The notes beneath the pieces are model-generated. The model saw only the letters and a program-made list of their open reading frames with translations. It was not told the DNA's origin and ran no database searches. The position numbers and the translations under genes are program-made. Positions 1-13,800 of a stretch of DNA of 64,000 nucleotides are shown one piece after another; within the stretch, counting starts at the first letter, position 1, and every line of letters begins with the position of its first letter. The DNA is from Octopus bimaculoides (Eukaryota), in NCBI RefSeq assembly GCF_001194135.2, contig NC_068982.1, forward strand, positions 10,853,681 to 10,917,680, read 5' to 3'.

Positions 1-82
<82 letters not shown>
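1..82. repeat. (TC)n microsatellite
   Basis: Near-pure TC dinucleotide run from the window start. Confidence 0.98.
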
Positions 83-83
<1 letters not shown>

Positions 84-671
84 GCATAATACTCTCTCCC
101 AAGTATTTATTTCTCTCTTTTGTTATTGTCCTTAATCAAGACCTTTATGGCTTGAGAACAAAAATGTTCCCTTAAAAGTTCTTTGACCAAAACATTCAAA
201 AACTTTTCCAACGCAAATGTCGATCAGAAATAAATGCGAACAATAAATGCAGCTTCTGTCGACACAGGCCAACACCAATCTCCCATGATTCCCTTGGTTT
301 TTGCTTTACCCTACAGATTTTATGTTTCAGCTTCAAAATATTTTAGAGCCTTGTAAACCGTTTTTCCAAATCCTGTAACATTCATACAACAGAGATTTCT
401 AGAAGGTAACAAACGGGCTGAAGATGAGTGATATGTTGATTTGTTACTGCTCCTTAGTAATCTTAGTAACATCCTTAGCAATATTTGTTTTAATATCAAG
501 GTAGAAAGAGAAGAAACGTGGTAAAAAGCAGACGATCGTTTCGAACATCGATATAAAATCCATGCTACCAACAAAATATAAAGCAAATTATATTAGAAAT
601 CTTTTGGGGGAAACCTCCAAATTAAAGGACGAATCTAATTCAACCTTTTTACACACGCACATACACACACA

Positions 672-704
<33 letters not shown>

Positions 705-1270
705 NNNNNNNNNNATATATATATATGCGTGTGTATGTATATGCACGTCTATCCATATACACACATATCTTATTGCCAAGCGAAGACATTTATCAAAATA
801 GAATCGGTTAAAATAATATCATTATCATATGATGCACTCGTTTTGCTAAACAAGAAAACTAAATATATTGAACTGACATTACTAATATCAAAATAGCAGG
901 GAAATATATTCTAATTACAGTCTGGTAACAGATGCTATATTATATCGACAGTGTATCATTACTTTTTAATTGTCATCCTACGAAATTTGTTCATACTCTT
1001 TCATTATGAATGTTTCCAGCTCCATATTTTATATAAGTTTATTCTAGACACTGTAAGTATTCTCAAAACAATAGTTGCCATGATTCTGGTATCAATATAC
1101 AAAGCTACCAAAATAAAGATATTCTTCAGATTGAAAATTTTCTCAACTCAAATCATTAAAACGTAGGTCAAAGAAAATGTCATAAGAATTGGATATTAAA
1201 TTCATTTATACAATGTTTGTAAAAGAATCTTGAATCAGATTAGTTATTTGAAGGAGTGGCCGTCCTCAAT

Positions 1271-1417
1271 CTTTTATCTGTTGCTTCTTTCAGGAATTAT
1301 AATGTGGCCATGCTGGACCATCACCGTGGATAATTTTTTAGGCGAACAAATCGATCCCAGTAACCAACACCGGCTGTCAAGTGGCGGAAGGACAAGCACA
1401 GACACCAATACATATAC

Positions 1418-1484
<67 letters not shown>

Positions 1485-1642
1485 GACGGGCTTCTTTCTG
1501 TTCCCATCTACCAAAACTACTCACAAGGCTTTGGTCGATTTAAGACTATAGTAGAAAACGCCTAGAGAAGGTGACACGCAGTGAGACTGAACCCGGAAAA
1601 TTGTGGTTGAGAAGCAAGCTTCATACCACACACCCACGCCTG
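1271..1642 (-). mobile_element. tRNA-derived SINE family B (CORE-like, internal TA/CA microsatellite), diverged
   Basis: Reverse complement aligns by eye to the full-length copy at 49792-50211: head, CORE-like segment, internal (CA)/(TA) tract and ccagcatggcc tail. Confidence 0.85.
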
Positions 1643-2622
1643 TCCAACATCCATTTTAATATTTGACAATATTGATCACGAAATGAAATATAATTAGGAT
1701 CATGACTACTACAAGGAAAGTGTTATAAATTATATGAAAATTGCATCCTTATATACTAGAATGTTATTAACTAAACGTTACTAGATATGAAACGGAATAA
1801 TTTAATGTTTCCAATGATATAACCTTATGCAATTCACATTAGATATTATAGTCAGTTAAAATATTCATCTGCTAAATATGGAAGATACGTTCACCGAAAG
1901 ACCTATCATCGATGCTAAATTCTTATTTACGTTCAAACATGTTACAAGTTATATTATTTTAACAGGTTCTAGATATAGTGACATAAGTGAAACTAAATAT
2001 TAGTTCATATTCAAAATTGCATCAATGATGCTTATAGAAAATCTAATTTTCGTTTGGGAAAGTAATATATTTATATCCACATATATATAGTGCTTCTTTT
2101 ACAATAATTTTTGCAATAATTTAATACGAGGAAAGTTAGATTGAATTTCTTTTTTTTATATTTTGTGTTTTAATCATTTCATAATTTACAATAATGTAAA
2201 TTGTAATGATATATTTTCGATACATATATATTTTATCATGCATTTTATCAAACCGTATACATATGCACAATGACGTATGGCCACGTAAACTTTGCGTACA
2301 TACATACATACATACATACATACATACATGTATGTGTATGTGCATATATATATATACATATATACTTTACTTTACTTATACATATACATATATATAGGTA
2401 CATNNNNNNNNNNNNNNNNNNNNNNNNNNNNNNNNNNNNNNNNNNNNNNNNNNNNNNNNNNNNNNNNNNNNNNNNNNNNNNNNNNNNNNNNNNNNNNNNN
2501 NNNNNNNNNNNNNNNNNNNNNNNNNNNNNNNNNNNNNNNNNNNNNNNNNNNNNNNNNNNNNNNNNNNNNNNNNNNNNNNNNNNNNNNNNNNNNNNNNNNN
2601 NNNNNNNNNNNNNNNNNNNNNN

Positions 2623-2653
<31 letters not shown>

Positions 2654-2682
2654 GTGTATATATATATATATGCATATACATG

Positions 2683-2724
<42 letters not shown>

Positions 2725-4024
2725 CATACACACACACATATACGTACATATGAGGAAATATTTTAATTTTGATAGATTTCAGGCAGTACTTATGATTCCA
2801 TATATCGAAAAATTGTGTGAGCGTTTGCGTGGATGTGGGGGCCTATGTGTGCGTGCTAATGTGTGAGTGTGTGTGTGTGTGTGCTATCAGGATTTTTCGA
2901 AATATTAATATTTATCTACAGCACCACAATATCAACGTCAATTTGTAAGGCGCATACACCCACACAAACATATAGAATTAAGTGATCTTATATGTGTATG
3001 TTAGAGAAAGAATGTGTGTATGTATGAAAGAAAGTGTGTATGCATATATGCATATATATGTGGAGAGTGAGAAGGGGAAAAGGAAGAAGAAGGTGAGAGA
3101 AGGATATACATATATGAGATTATTTAATTCCTTCTGTTTGTGTGAGCCTGTTTGGGCGTATGTATGTTTCAAAGTGATATTGATATTTGCGGAAAGCCAT
3201 TATTAATGACAGTGATGTTATATAAGTGTTTCAATGCACTCAGTGCTCGCATATTCTAGATTTTTCCACTTCTTTATATAATTGAAATTATTTCAACGAA
3301 AGATAGTATTGTGCTTTAATCGAAGTTTTGTCAAAAGTATATTGATTGCCTGTCAATTATTTTTTTTTCTTCTGCGTATACGCAATCATTCAGTAGATAT
3401 ATAAATAGACATTGTATATACCTTATGCAGTGGTATTCATCTAATTTGCCTTTTTCTGGAAAATAATTTGGAATTTATTTAAAGTGAATGTTCTGCGCTT
3501 TAATTTTATTATCCCAATAGTACACCATGTACAAATCAATAGAAAAAATATTAAATGGGTTCTGGAACGAGAATTAAGTTATATATTTAAGATGTAATCT
3601 CTTTTAGAATTATATTTTCAATTGAAATAACTTTATCTTAGTGATATATGGTATAAATTTATCTCGGTAGTATATGGTTGAACACCCAATGCAAATATGC
3701 ACTTAAATTTTACATCTAAATCATTTAATAAAAAATATTCTAACAGAATCTGAATTATACAAGGCATATACCGTATATTACAAGATAAGATTTAGCAAAG
3801 TAGTTTTTAAATGTTTAGTCTAGGTAAACTATACTAAATACATGTGTGCAAAATAATGGGTGTCTTGTTACGCTATTATATGATCATAGTATATTTAATA
3901 AAATAAATAATTCTAACTACAAGCGTGTTTTAGTTCCTGTGATTTATAAAACTGAGTATATTTTTGTTGTGAGATTTTATTTACAGCTGTTTAGTATTTG
4001 AACCGGTTAAATGAGCTTTCGATA

Positions 4025-4509
4025 TACGAGGGTATATGGTTTTAAAGGTAATCGCGAAAGGCTTAGTTGGCGGCCCAACCTTCCGAGTTCTTTTACAGGG
4101 CTTAGAAAAACTGAAGCGAAGGACCGCTACAATAAGTATGTAAATCTAAGAGGGGAATGAAATAAATAAATAATAAATGCGCCCTTTTAAAACCTAGCCA
4201 GGCTCATGGGCCCGGTTTCCCGGTTTCAACGGCGTATGTGTTCCCCAGCTGGACGGGACGCCAGTCCATCGCAGCGTGACTCATTTTTGCCAGCTGAGTG
4301 GACTGGAGCAACGTGAAATGAAGTGTTTTGCTCAAGAACACAACGCGTCACCCGGTCCAGGAATCGAAACTACAATCATACGATCATGGTGATGACACCC
4401 TAACCACTAAGCCACGCGAAGAGGGGAATATATTGAACAAAATCATAATTAACTGATCCTCCTTTAATTTTTTTTACCCAAAGCCAGGAACTTTTCAGCA
4501 CGTCGCGTA
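4025..4509 (+). mobile_element. mariner-derived MITE interrupted by a SINE
   Basis: Ends tacgaggg and gccaggaacttttcagcacgtcgcgta resemble mariner TIRs. Removing the SINE gives DRYNKYVNLRGEYIE, matching the mariner transposase C-terminal pattern RW.KCV...G.Y.E. Confidence 0.7.
4159..4418 (-). mobile_element. tRNA-derived CORE-type SINE family C (short tail C1)
   Basis: A box tggcttagtggttag and B box gtttcgattcc on the minus strand. 11-bp TSD aagaggggaat at 4148-4158 and 4419-4429. Confidence 0.92.
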
Positions 4510-4610
4510 GATTATTGTTATATCAAAGTAATTCTCTAAATTTTAGAAATGTTTTCCCGTCTGAGATACAGCTGAATATATATTTGACTATACTATTCTG
4601 TACTAACTAA

Positions 4611-4732
4611 GGCAGCGAGCTGACAGAGTCGTTAGCATGCCAAACAAAATGCTTCGCAGCATTTCGTTCATTTTCGAAATCGGAGTTGAATTTGCCTTTC
4701 ATTCCCTTGTTGTCGATAAAATAAATACTGCC
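4611..4732 (+). mobile_element. SINE family A, degraded partial copy
   Basis: ggcagcgagctgacagagtcgttagc head and tttgcctttcattccc...gtcgataaa body match the other family A copies. Confidence 0.7.
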
Positions 4733-7700
4733 AAGGACTGAGATCATTTTACACCATTATTGGCCACAAACTATTTTCTCCATATCATTACAGAATATTA
4801 AGAATGGTCAGTTTTACAAAAGTTTTTGTCTTACTGTAGCAGATTTTCAAGTTTCTCTTGCCAATTTAAGACACTCTACTCTTTTGTATTTCATTATGCA
4901 ATAGACATTTGAAGCTGTTTTTTTTTTAAATTCTATATAGCAAGGATCTTTGTAATCTGCAAGATACAGAAGCGATCGATTTTTCAATTATATTTTATTG
5001 TCTACATCTTGGATAAATTGAAAGGAGCAATTTTGGTACAAGCATATTTTCGAGAAATCATCATTGTACTGCACTTTCAAATAAGAATACGTCGAAAATA
5101 TAAGTAAACAAATCCAAAATAGGAAAATGTCATTTCCTTTGCAGTAAAGGAAATAGAATGTTGATTATGAGTTTGGGAAGTACACGGCAGTTGTTATAAA
5201 CGGAGTCAATCAATACTGAACAACTGCTCCAGAAACACACTGATACATCACCAATTTAAAGTACTTGCCCAAATAAAGCTTTCAATGATAGTGGTTCCTA
5301 TTTGACCATTATTAGATTTTAGTAATCATATCTGAGTAATCGGTTTTTGTTGACATTATAGACGTTAACATAATTTAATATGATGGTCGGTCAAATATTT
5401 CGCTGCACAATCACATACTTCTAATCATAAAATAGAACTCAATAACGAAGTAAATTATATCAGCCAGAGAAATAGGTTCCTAAATATCTGTCTTCAAAAT
5501 TACAATCTGCTTCCTGAACTTGAATTATATCATGTACGTGTAGCTAATTTGACTATAAACAGTACGTGATGTTATCACAATAGAATGTGTCATGCTCAGT
5601 TGCAAAGATACATCACATGACTATGTGTAATAATCTAATGCACTAGTGTCTCTCAGTTATTTGTTGAAAGCAATTATGTTTCTTTGTTCTCGTGCAAATA
5701 AAAATAAGCAATATGGAAATCAAATCCCGCTATTATTCAACTACGAAGGAAAATTGTAAGTTTCCAAGAATATATTAGATTATTCTCTTTCAACCTACCA
5801 GTCGTAGTTTGTCCTTTTTCTACTTGATGAATATTTGCCTATTTTCCCCAGACTTGTGTCTATACCTAGTAATTATTATTTGCTCATACAGCTTTGCAAA
5901 TAGATAATTCTTCGCGTATTTATATTATCCATTCGTGTACATGCATATCTAACAACTGTAGGGATTATATCATAATTCACAAAAACAGTACACGATATAC
6001 TTTTGTGTACTTTGTAAGTATTATTTTTTATTATCTATTCGACAGAGTATGATGGCGCCACAATATTTGTAAATATCTTGACTCCTGAACTCTCTGTCCC
6101 TTAGTACATGGATTTATCGAAAAATAATTCAGCAGCACTTCCGAGATAAATACTAATTATTAACAAGAAATTCTCAAATTCATTCTACGTTTCCTTTCTA
6201 TATATTTTCTAGTTTTAAATAATTTAAAATAATAATACATCAATAATATTTTGAATAATCATAAAGTCATCGGGTTGAAGCGTAGAACCTCTATTTTTCA
6301 CGTATCTGTTAGAATATAAAACCGTAATGCTTATTATGAGATGTGGAGAAAAAATATTTGAAGTTGTGAATTCATATTAAACAAAGTGTATAGCTACAGA
6401 CCCTGAAGACTCTCGAACAACAAAAGAATCTAAATGATCCGTTTTCTTTAAGATCGTAAAACAAAATGTAAATTTATAAAGTTCATGTTTAATTCGTTTG
6501 ATTGCGACCAGATTGAGCCACCAATTTTCAATTCTATATATCATCGACTACGTGTACGTGTATAAGTGTATATATATATATATATATNNNNNNNNNNNNN
6601 NNNNNNNNNNNNNNNNNNNNNNNNNNNNNNNNNNNNNNNNNNNNNNNNNNNNNNNNNNNNNNNNNNNNNNNNATATATATACATTATATAATTATATAAT
6701 TTCTTTCTGCCACGTTCCATACAGGTTATTGGGTTATCGTTGGTGTCAGCTCGACAATATGATTTATGACATTTTTCCGAAATTTCCTGCGTAATAGATC
6801 GAATTGGAACTAAGTTGTTGCCAATTGAATTCTTAACCACATCTCTGTGCCTGCAAACATGTGAAATTTGTATGTGTCAAGGTATAAACATTGCATATTT
6901 GAAGGAAAGTGAGAAAATTGATATTGCGACATCACTGACATTGCTGAAGCCTAATATATTCAGTAACTGGAACAGTATGTGTACCAAAACCAAACACTCT
7001 TGGTTCCAAAAGAAAATGTATTCTACACAGATCAATGAATTGGTGACATCTGACTCGGCCGAAATAATTTTTGTGATACTTCTAGTAGAATAATCAAAAT
7101 ATTTTTGTATCAACCAAAATGTAGCAAAAGTTTATTCGTTCAAGCAGACTGATATTACTTCCACGTTGATCACAGGAGACAGGACTGTTCGTTCTGCTTT
7201 TAGGATGTTGCTGACCCTTGCATCCTATGAGCAATATTGGAATAGAATTTGGACGGTAAACGATTCCGAAGTTGACGAAACTGAAATATTAGTTGAGTAC
7301 TCAATATTTCACAGATTTGTCTTTGAGACTCTCGATCATTAATATCGTGGATACTGTCAGAGTCTTACAATCTGATGCTTTGAAACAAACTCTGCATGCC
7401 AAGGATATACTTCTAAATCATTTGAGAACGTACGTCAAGGGCTGCTACATTTGAAGACAAGAACAAAACATCATCTTCCTACCAGCATAATAATTGCACG
7501 TAATAGAGACCTCTCAACAACTTCGTCTACAATACGTTAATCCAGTTCATTATAATGGTCATCTGCCAGTTAACGCTGAGCAAAGACATGACCAAACTTT
7601 TAAAACAATCAGCAATATATCTAAAGAAATACGCCTGAAAGTTTATCTCTGGTTCTTACAGAATTACAGAAACCTTGACTGTGATTGCTCTCAAAATTTA

Positions 7701-8180
7701 CATTGTGTTGAATATCATTCAACCGGTAGTAGTCCAACTCAATTAGTACAAATTAGTTCACACTGTCAGTTAATGATAACGATGTTGTCAGGAATGCATC
7801 AAACTTTCTCACTTCCCTTCAGTTCAATTTTTTGGTTCCTCATATTCTGCATCTGAACGTAGGAGCATCAATAAAGTAGATATGAAATTTGTAAGCTCCC
7901 AAATTTTGTGGTGTGCAAAAGATTACATGTCAAAATTCATATGCCCTATGATACAATCCACCATAATGATCTGCTATGCGAAGGGTGAGACTGTTATTTT
8001 ATGCATTCCCTAATCCCATGAGATATGCTATTTTAGTTCTAGAGCCTTCAGTTTCCAGACACTCTGACTTTTTCTAATATCACTAAGTTTCAGGGTTTGT
8101 TTCTCGTGACTGAAGACGTAAAGTGATAAGTCTGTGTTTTTCTCGTTGCCAGTTATGTATCATATTCCCAGTTGTTAGGT

Positions 8181-8422
8181 CTCTTTTACTTGTTTCAATC
8201 ATTTGACAGTGGCCATGCTGGAGCACCGCCTTTAGTCGAGCAAATCGACCCCAGGACTTATTCTTTGTAAGCCTAGTACTAATTCTATCGGTTTCTTTTG
8301 CCGAACCGCTAAGTTACGGGGACGTAAACACACTAGCATCGGTTGTCAAGCGATGTTAGTGGGACAAAAAAAGACACACAAACATATACACATACATACA
8401 TACATACATACATACATACATA
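8181..8422 (-). mobile_element. SINE family B, 3' half running into an assembly gap
   Basis: tcttttacttgtttc...ggccatgctggagcaccgcc tail followed by (TACA)n and Ns. Confidence 0.9.
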
Positions 8423-8975
8423 NNNNNNNNNNNNNNNNNNNNNNNNNNNNNNNNNNNNNNNNNNNNNNNNNNNNNNNNNNNNNNNNNNNNNNNNNNNNNN
8501 NNNNNNNNNNNNNNNNNNNNNNNNNNNNNNNNNNNNNNNNNNNNNNNNNNNNNNNNNNNNNNNNNNNNNNNNNNNNNNNNNNNNNNNNNNNNNNNNNNNN
8601 NNNNNNNNNNNNNNNNNNNNNNNNNNNNNNNNNNNNNNNNNNNNNNNNNNNNNNNNNNNNNNNNNNNNNNNNNNNNNNNNNNNNNNNNNNNNNNNNNNNN
8701 NNNNNNNNNNNNNNNNNNNNNNNNNNNNNNNNNNNNNNNNNNNNNNNNNNNNNNNNNNNNNNNNNNNNNNNNNNNNNNNNNNNNNNNNNNNNNNNNNNNN
8801 NNNNNNNNNNNNNNNNNNNNNNNNNNNNNNNNNNNNNNNNNNNNNNNNNNNNNNNNNNNNNNNNNNNNNNNNNNNNNNNNNNNNNNNNNNNNNNNNNNNN
8901 NNNNNNNNNNNNNNNNNNNNNNNNNNNNNNNNNNNNNNNNNNNNNNNNNNNNNNNNNNNNNNNNNNNNNNNNNNN
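8423..8975. other. Assembly gap (largest of 11)
   Basis: N run. The other gaps are 705-714, 2404-2622, 6588-6672, 19549-19876, 21305-21596, 29364-29613, 32180-32370, 35999-36150, 53947-54110 and 61483-61887. Confidence 1.
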
Positions 8976-9268
8976 ATATATATTGGAAGGTTTGGAGGTG
9001 ATGCACAGAAATTATATTATAGAAAAAATTTAAGGTACTCAGAAATCTGGATGTTTGTACATTTACAGATTTTTATTAATGTCACATGTTTTATAAATTA
9101 AATAAAGCGCTTTTCACCTAATCGTGTAGGATTTTCAAATTATATATATACATATACAAATATACATACACACACACACAAACATATAGATAGATAGATA
9201 GATACATACATACATACATACATACATACATACATCTACATATATAAATATATATATATATATAAATA

Positions 9269-9394
<126 letters not shown>

Positions 9395-9605
9395 GGCGGG
9401 GAGCTGGCAGAATCGTTAGTACGCCGGGCGAAATGTTTAGTGGTATTTCATCCTCCGCTACGTTCTGAGTTCAAATTCCACCGAGGTCGACTTTGCTTTT
9501 CATCCTTTCGGGTTCGACAAAGTAAGTACCAGTTGAACACTGGGGCCGATATATCGACTCATCGCCACCTCCCTCAAGCTGCCCTTTTGGCAAAAGTTTG
9601 AAATA
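9395..9605 (+). mobile_element. SINE family A (tail type 3, ending caaaagtttgaaa)
   Basis: Head ggcggggagctggcagaatcgttag, B box gagttcaaattcc and conserved body gaggtcgactttgcttttcatcctttcggg. Confidence 0.9.
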
Positions 9606-10251
9606 ATAGTAATTATTATTATTATTGTTATCATTGTTATTGTTAGCTGCTCACAATACTGTTTGAATTCCAATAACTACCACTAGTATTTTAAATATGC
9701 GTACCTTCACCACGGTTTATGCTATCATAGATCGATATAAATATAACCAAATTCGGTGGGGAAAAAACAATAACAGCAAATCATTGTCATAGCAGAAAAT
9801 AATATAAAATCGAAAAGAAAACAAATATTGTCATGATATGAACCTATTTCCATATATGTCATATAATAATATCTCATCATTTATAACTGACACTTCTCGT
9901 TGGTCTGAACTGCCATTTTCTCTTATTTGAAAATATCTTTCGTTATGGATTTTTCTTTCTTGGCTTTATTTCTTAACAGTGATGTTCCAGTATGCAATAT
10001 TCTCACATCGAAAACTTCTGAAATTGCTGTCTCCTTCGCACCCAACTCCATGCTGGTTGTGCAATGTAAAAATTCTCTTAAACTTTCCTTTTTCGCCACA
10101 AGAGATTCACTACTATTTATTATTGTGCAAGTATCCGGAGTCACTTCCAACCAATGAGGCCACCACCCTTGACAACGCTTTTGACATTACTTTTAAATAA
10201 TCCTCCTCGCCAAAACTATTCAATCGTCTGTGTATTTCGTCTCTTTTTCAT

Positions 10252-10289
<38 letters not shown>

Positions 10290-11154
10290 GTAAGGGATAT
10301 ATCCCAATAAGCACACTACAGTTCTCATTCACTGAAGCTAACTAAGCGGGTTGTTTTCTCGGCGCAGAGCATTTTTGACTGAAGACAGAGGGCTAGATAG
10401 TTTCTGTAAATTTAGTGCAGACACCTTGGAAATTGTATCATTAGGCGCTACTTCAATTTGACCAGAGTGTGTGTGGAGAGTGTGTGTTGCAAGAAAACAT
10501 CATTTCAACGCCTGTTGGCTTGCGGGTATTATGATGTGCATTTACAATGCCTTGTCGGCGGTGGTAATGTTACGTATGATAGACTGTAATCTTCAAAATA
10601 GCTGCAAAAGATTGCAGGGAATGAACTGCTAAATAGTTTTCAGATGCGATGTTTTATATGTGAGGGTTGTGATAAGGCATAACTGCCAGGCTGGTTTGTC
10701 AATAAGGCATATTTGAATTATATTTGTTACTGAAACATTTTTATTTCCTACAAACCATACTTCTGGTTCCGATAAACAAAATTCAGTGAAATGCTCAAAG
10801 GAATTTGACTGTTTAATGCGCTACTAAAAAATACATAACAGATTATTTTGAAAGTAAATATAGTTAGTTTGGTGTCCTGTTTATGTAAATTTATACAACA
10901 TGAAGTGAAAGTGAATTTTTAATGACATGGCTGACATTTACAAATGGTTTACTGTGAAACTCTTTATGAATCCATTAAATTCTAAAATAATCTTTTTTTG
11001 CCTTGGTTAAATTTTTATATTTGTTTGTTTATCAACGATGCAGCAAGCCAGCATAAGTTTTCTTTCGATAATTTTCGTACAGGCTGTCTTTATAAATGAC
11101 ACTAATCTTACATAATCAGTAAATAGATTGAGTTTTATCTATCGTTTGTACAAA

Positions 11155-11225
11155 ATGATAATGAAATGATATGATAATGATAATGATATGATAATGATAT
11201 GATAATGATATGATAATGAAATGAT
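11155..11225. repeat. ATGAT/ATGATA minisatellite
   Basis: Imperfect tandem of the roughly 11-bp unit atgataatgat. Confidence 0.85.
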
Positions 11226-11794
11226 CATATATTGTAGGATCATATATTGATATAAAATTACATGTATTCAATTTCTATTTATTTTCAATTGCAGTCGAAT
11301 ACGTAAACGATTTAAACACACTGCAACGACATCCAAATGAAAAATAAATCAATTGGCCTCCTTACAGTTTCGATTTTCTTAAAAGTCAGGAGTGTGCGAT
11401 AAATGTATAAGCTTATCTTTCATATAATTATAAGGTTTATAACCGAAAAACTTGATGCAGAAAATGCTTTTCACTTACAATTGCATAACAAAACACATTT
11501 CTCTAAACTATATCAACGATATATCTATGTCTCAAACTCATTAAGTTTTCTTACAAGAGACCACGTTACGTAATACGTAATATAATTAGATTAATGGTGC
11601 TTATGTGTTTAACCTCACTCGATGCTATGGTATTCGTTGTGAAATTATGTTATCATTATCTAATGGTTGATAACGTACAGGTAACATCCAGTTTCGGATA
11701 ATGCAGTGATATAGAGTTATTCCTGAAAAACAAATCCCGTGGTTTAATATTTTCCCCGTACTTATATCACAATTATGTAACTATAAATTGTTTA

Positions 11795-11926
11795 GCTTGT
11801 TTCTTTCTGTGGAAGAGCGTAGGCTCGAAACGTTAAAGACTTTTTCACTTCCCGAGCGTTATACTAATACATCTGTTTCTTGTCTACACCACCTGTCTTA
11901 GTCTTTTGTGTTTTTGTGAATTCTCC
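11795..11926 (+). mobile_element. Short hammerhead-bearing element (family D, putative Penelope-like derivative)
   Basis: Homologous to 19370-19530 and 21702-21862. Flanked by the 14-bp direct repeat ctataaattgttta (11781-11794 and 11927-11940). Confidence 0.8.
11802..11839 (+). ncRNA. Minimal type I hammerhead ribozyme-like fold (A6U variant)
   Basis: TCTTT|CTGTGGA|A|GAGC-gtag-GCTC|GAAA-CG-T|T|AAAGA: 5-bp stem I, 4-bp stem II and palindromic ACGT stem III. Confidence 0.65.
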
Positions 11927-12587
11927 CTATAAATTGTTTACATAGACGTACTTGTATTTATTTCCAATCTTCGATCACATTGTTTACATGGACATGTTCG
12001 TAGACGAAACATCGTAAAAAATCAGCGCTGGCCCTAATTTCTATTGACAAACTGCACAGATAACATTAAAAACTGACTAGAAATTGATACATTCTCTAAT
12101 TGATCGCTTTGTATGACCAAAATAAATATGATAATCGTACATATTACATATGTTTGTGTTACGTTTTGTTGTCTAAATCTAAACTCAATTGCTGTTATAT
12201 TTATCTATATAACCATAATTATAACTGAAACAAAACTGGATAATAAATCTGGTCGCGCGTTTTGCTGATAAACAACACGAAGTTCATAGGATTCCGCTTC
12301 GTTTACCGATATCTGTTATAGAAAATATCGCCAGTTTTAGAAAGAAGAAACACATACAATAATAAGTTGAACAAAGTTTCTATAATTACCTTGATAACAC
12401 GAAACAGTAAATATCTTCGAATATCGGAGCTGTATAGGAATACAATATCGTAATTACATAAATTAAAGCTTCCATCGAGAAATAATCAATTTGATTAAGC
12501 CTTTGGTATTTTCTTATCTACGTAACTCCATGCCATTCACTTCCACTGAATATACAACATTCAGATGTTTCAAAACACAAGGTGGCG

Positions 12588-12836
12588 CGCACACACACAC
12601 ACACACACATGTATGCACACCCGCACACACACACACATACACGCACGCATGCACACAAACGCAGATGCACACACACACACACACAAACACACACGCATAC
12701 ATACAGATACACACACGTACATGCCTGCATACATACACACATACATAGTCATATACATATACATACATACACACACATCCATATATACATACACACACAC
12801 ACATATATACATTCATACACAAACACACACACACCT
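12588..12836. repeat. Cryptic CA/TA-rich low-complexity repeat
   Basis: Degenerate (CA)n/(TACA)n tract that generates the His/Thr and Cys/Val ORFs. Confidence 0.95.
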
Positions 12837-12881
12837 GTAACGATGTTGGATGTAACGCGTTGAAATGTAATAATGTCACAA

Positions 12882-13565
12882 TACTATTCTGATCAATAAG
12901 TATCCGGATGGTTCCCATAGTAACGAAGCTGAAGCACGCAGAGTAAAGTTGCATGGCATAGATTGATCTTGAACTTTGTTGTGCATGCGCACTAAGTTTT
13001 ATCGTTCTAGTTCACTTCTGCTGTTTACAGCAGCGCTTGGAAGGAAGGTGTGTAGCGTGTGATCGTCGCATTGACCATGATAGAGAAAGTTGAGCAGAGA
13101 ATTTGCATCAAATTCTGCCAAAAACTTGACAAAACCTGCTCAAAGGCCTATGCAAAGTTTTCAAAATGTTTTCATCGTTCTCGACACAATTAAGATGATC
13201 TTGTGCAACTGAAACCCGAATTGTCTTTTCGGTCAGCTGAAAGAAGTTTTGGCACAAACATGGCAGACACGCATCTCATACCCAAATCTTCAGTGATAAT
13301 GAACTGGACCGTAACTAATCTGCACATCCTCTGATAACTCACGGATGGTGATACAACGATTTCCTCTCACAGCTGCACTCACATCTGCAATGTTTTTCTC
13401 AGTTCTGGTGGTTGTGTGTCTCCCAGAATGTTCGTCAATATCGAGATTTTTCGGCCATTTCGGAAACATGTGAACCACCACTCATATACTTGTGTGCTGC
13501 GCATACACTCCTCTCCATACGCTTTCTGCAACTTTGCGTAGGCCTCTAAGCAAATATCTTCCATG
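12882..13565. mobile_element. Rearranged mariner fossil (left end on +, inverted internal fragment on -)
   Basis: Plus strand from ATG 13077 reads MIEKVEQRICIKFCQKLDKTCSKAYAK. Across frameshifts the minus strand (about 13562 to 13153) reads EAYAKLQKAYGEEC..VYEW, DEHSGR, ITIREL, ITEDLGMRCVSAMFVPKLLS, ENILKTL, which is mariner HTH plus the WVP(R/H)EL-type linker. A TIR-like ctgatcaataagtatccgga lies near 12890. Confidence 0.88.
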
Positions 13566-13733
13566 CATATTGAATGATCAACGTTTATATAAAATATCGA
13601 CAATTCCCCCTTGATACGAAATGATTGTAAGAGATAAGTTTTTTTAACTGCTCTCTGTGTCTATATATATATAGACTTTTTCTTTCTCTCTAACTGTTTT
13701 GGAACATTTATAAATATATATATAAATACAAGG

Positions 13734-13799
<66 letters not shown>

Positions 13800-13800
13800 C

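Noticed and set aside
300-412. Exon-like segment with acceptor ctacag (316) and donor gtaaca
   Set aside because: All three frames contain stops; it cannot be supported as coding, though a UTR exon is not excluded.
6690-8160. Repeat-poor stretch that looks like decayed coding sequence
   Set aside because: Manual translation gave frequent stops and no recognisable RT, integrase, Helitron or host motif.
9923-10700. 75-aa minus-strand ORF and a slightly GC-richer promoter-like region with (CT)n
   Set aside because: No recognisable domain, splice pair or core promoter evidence beyond composition.
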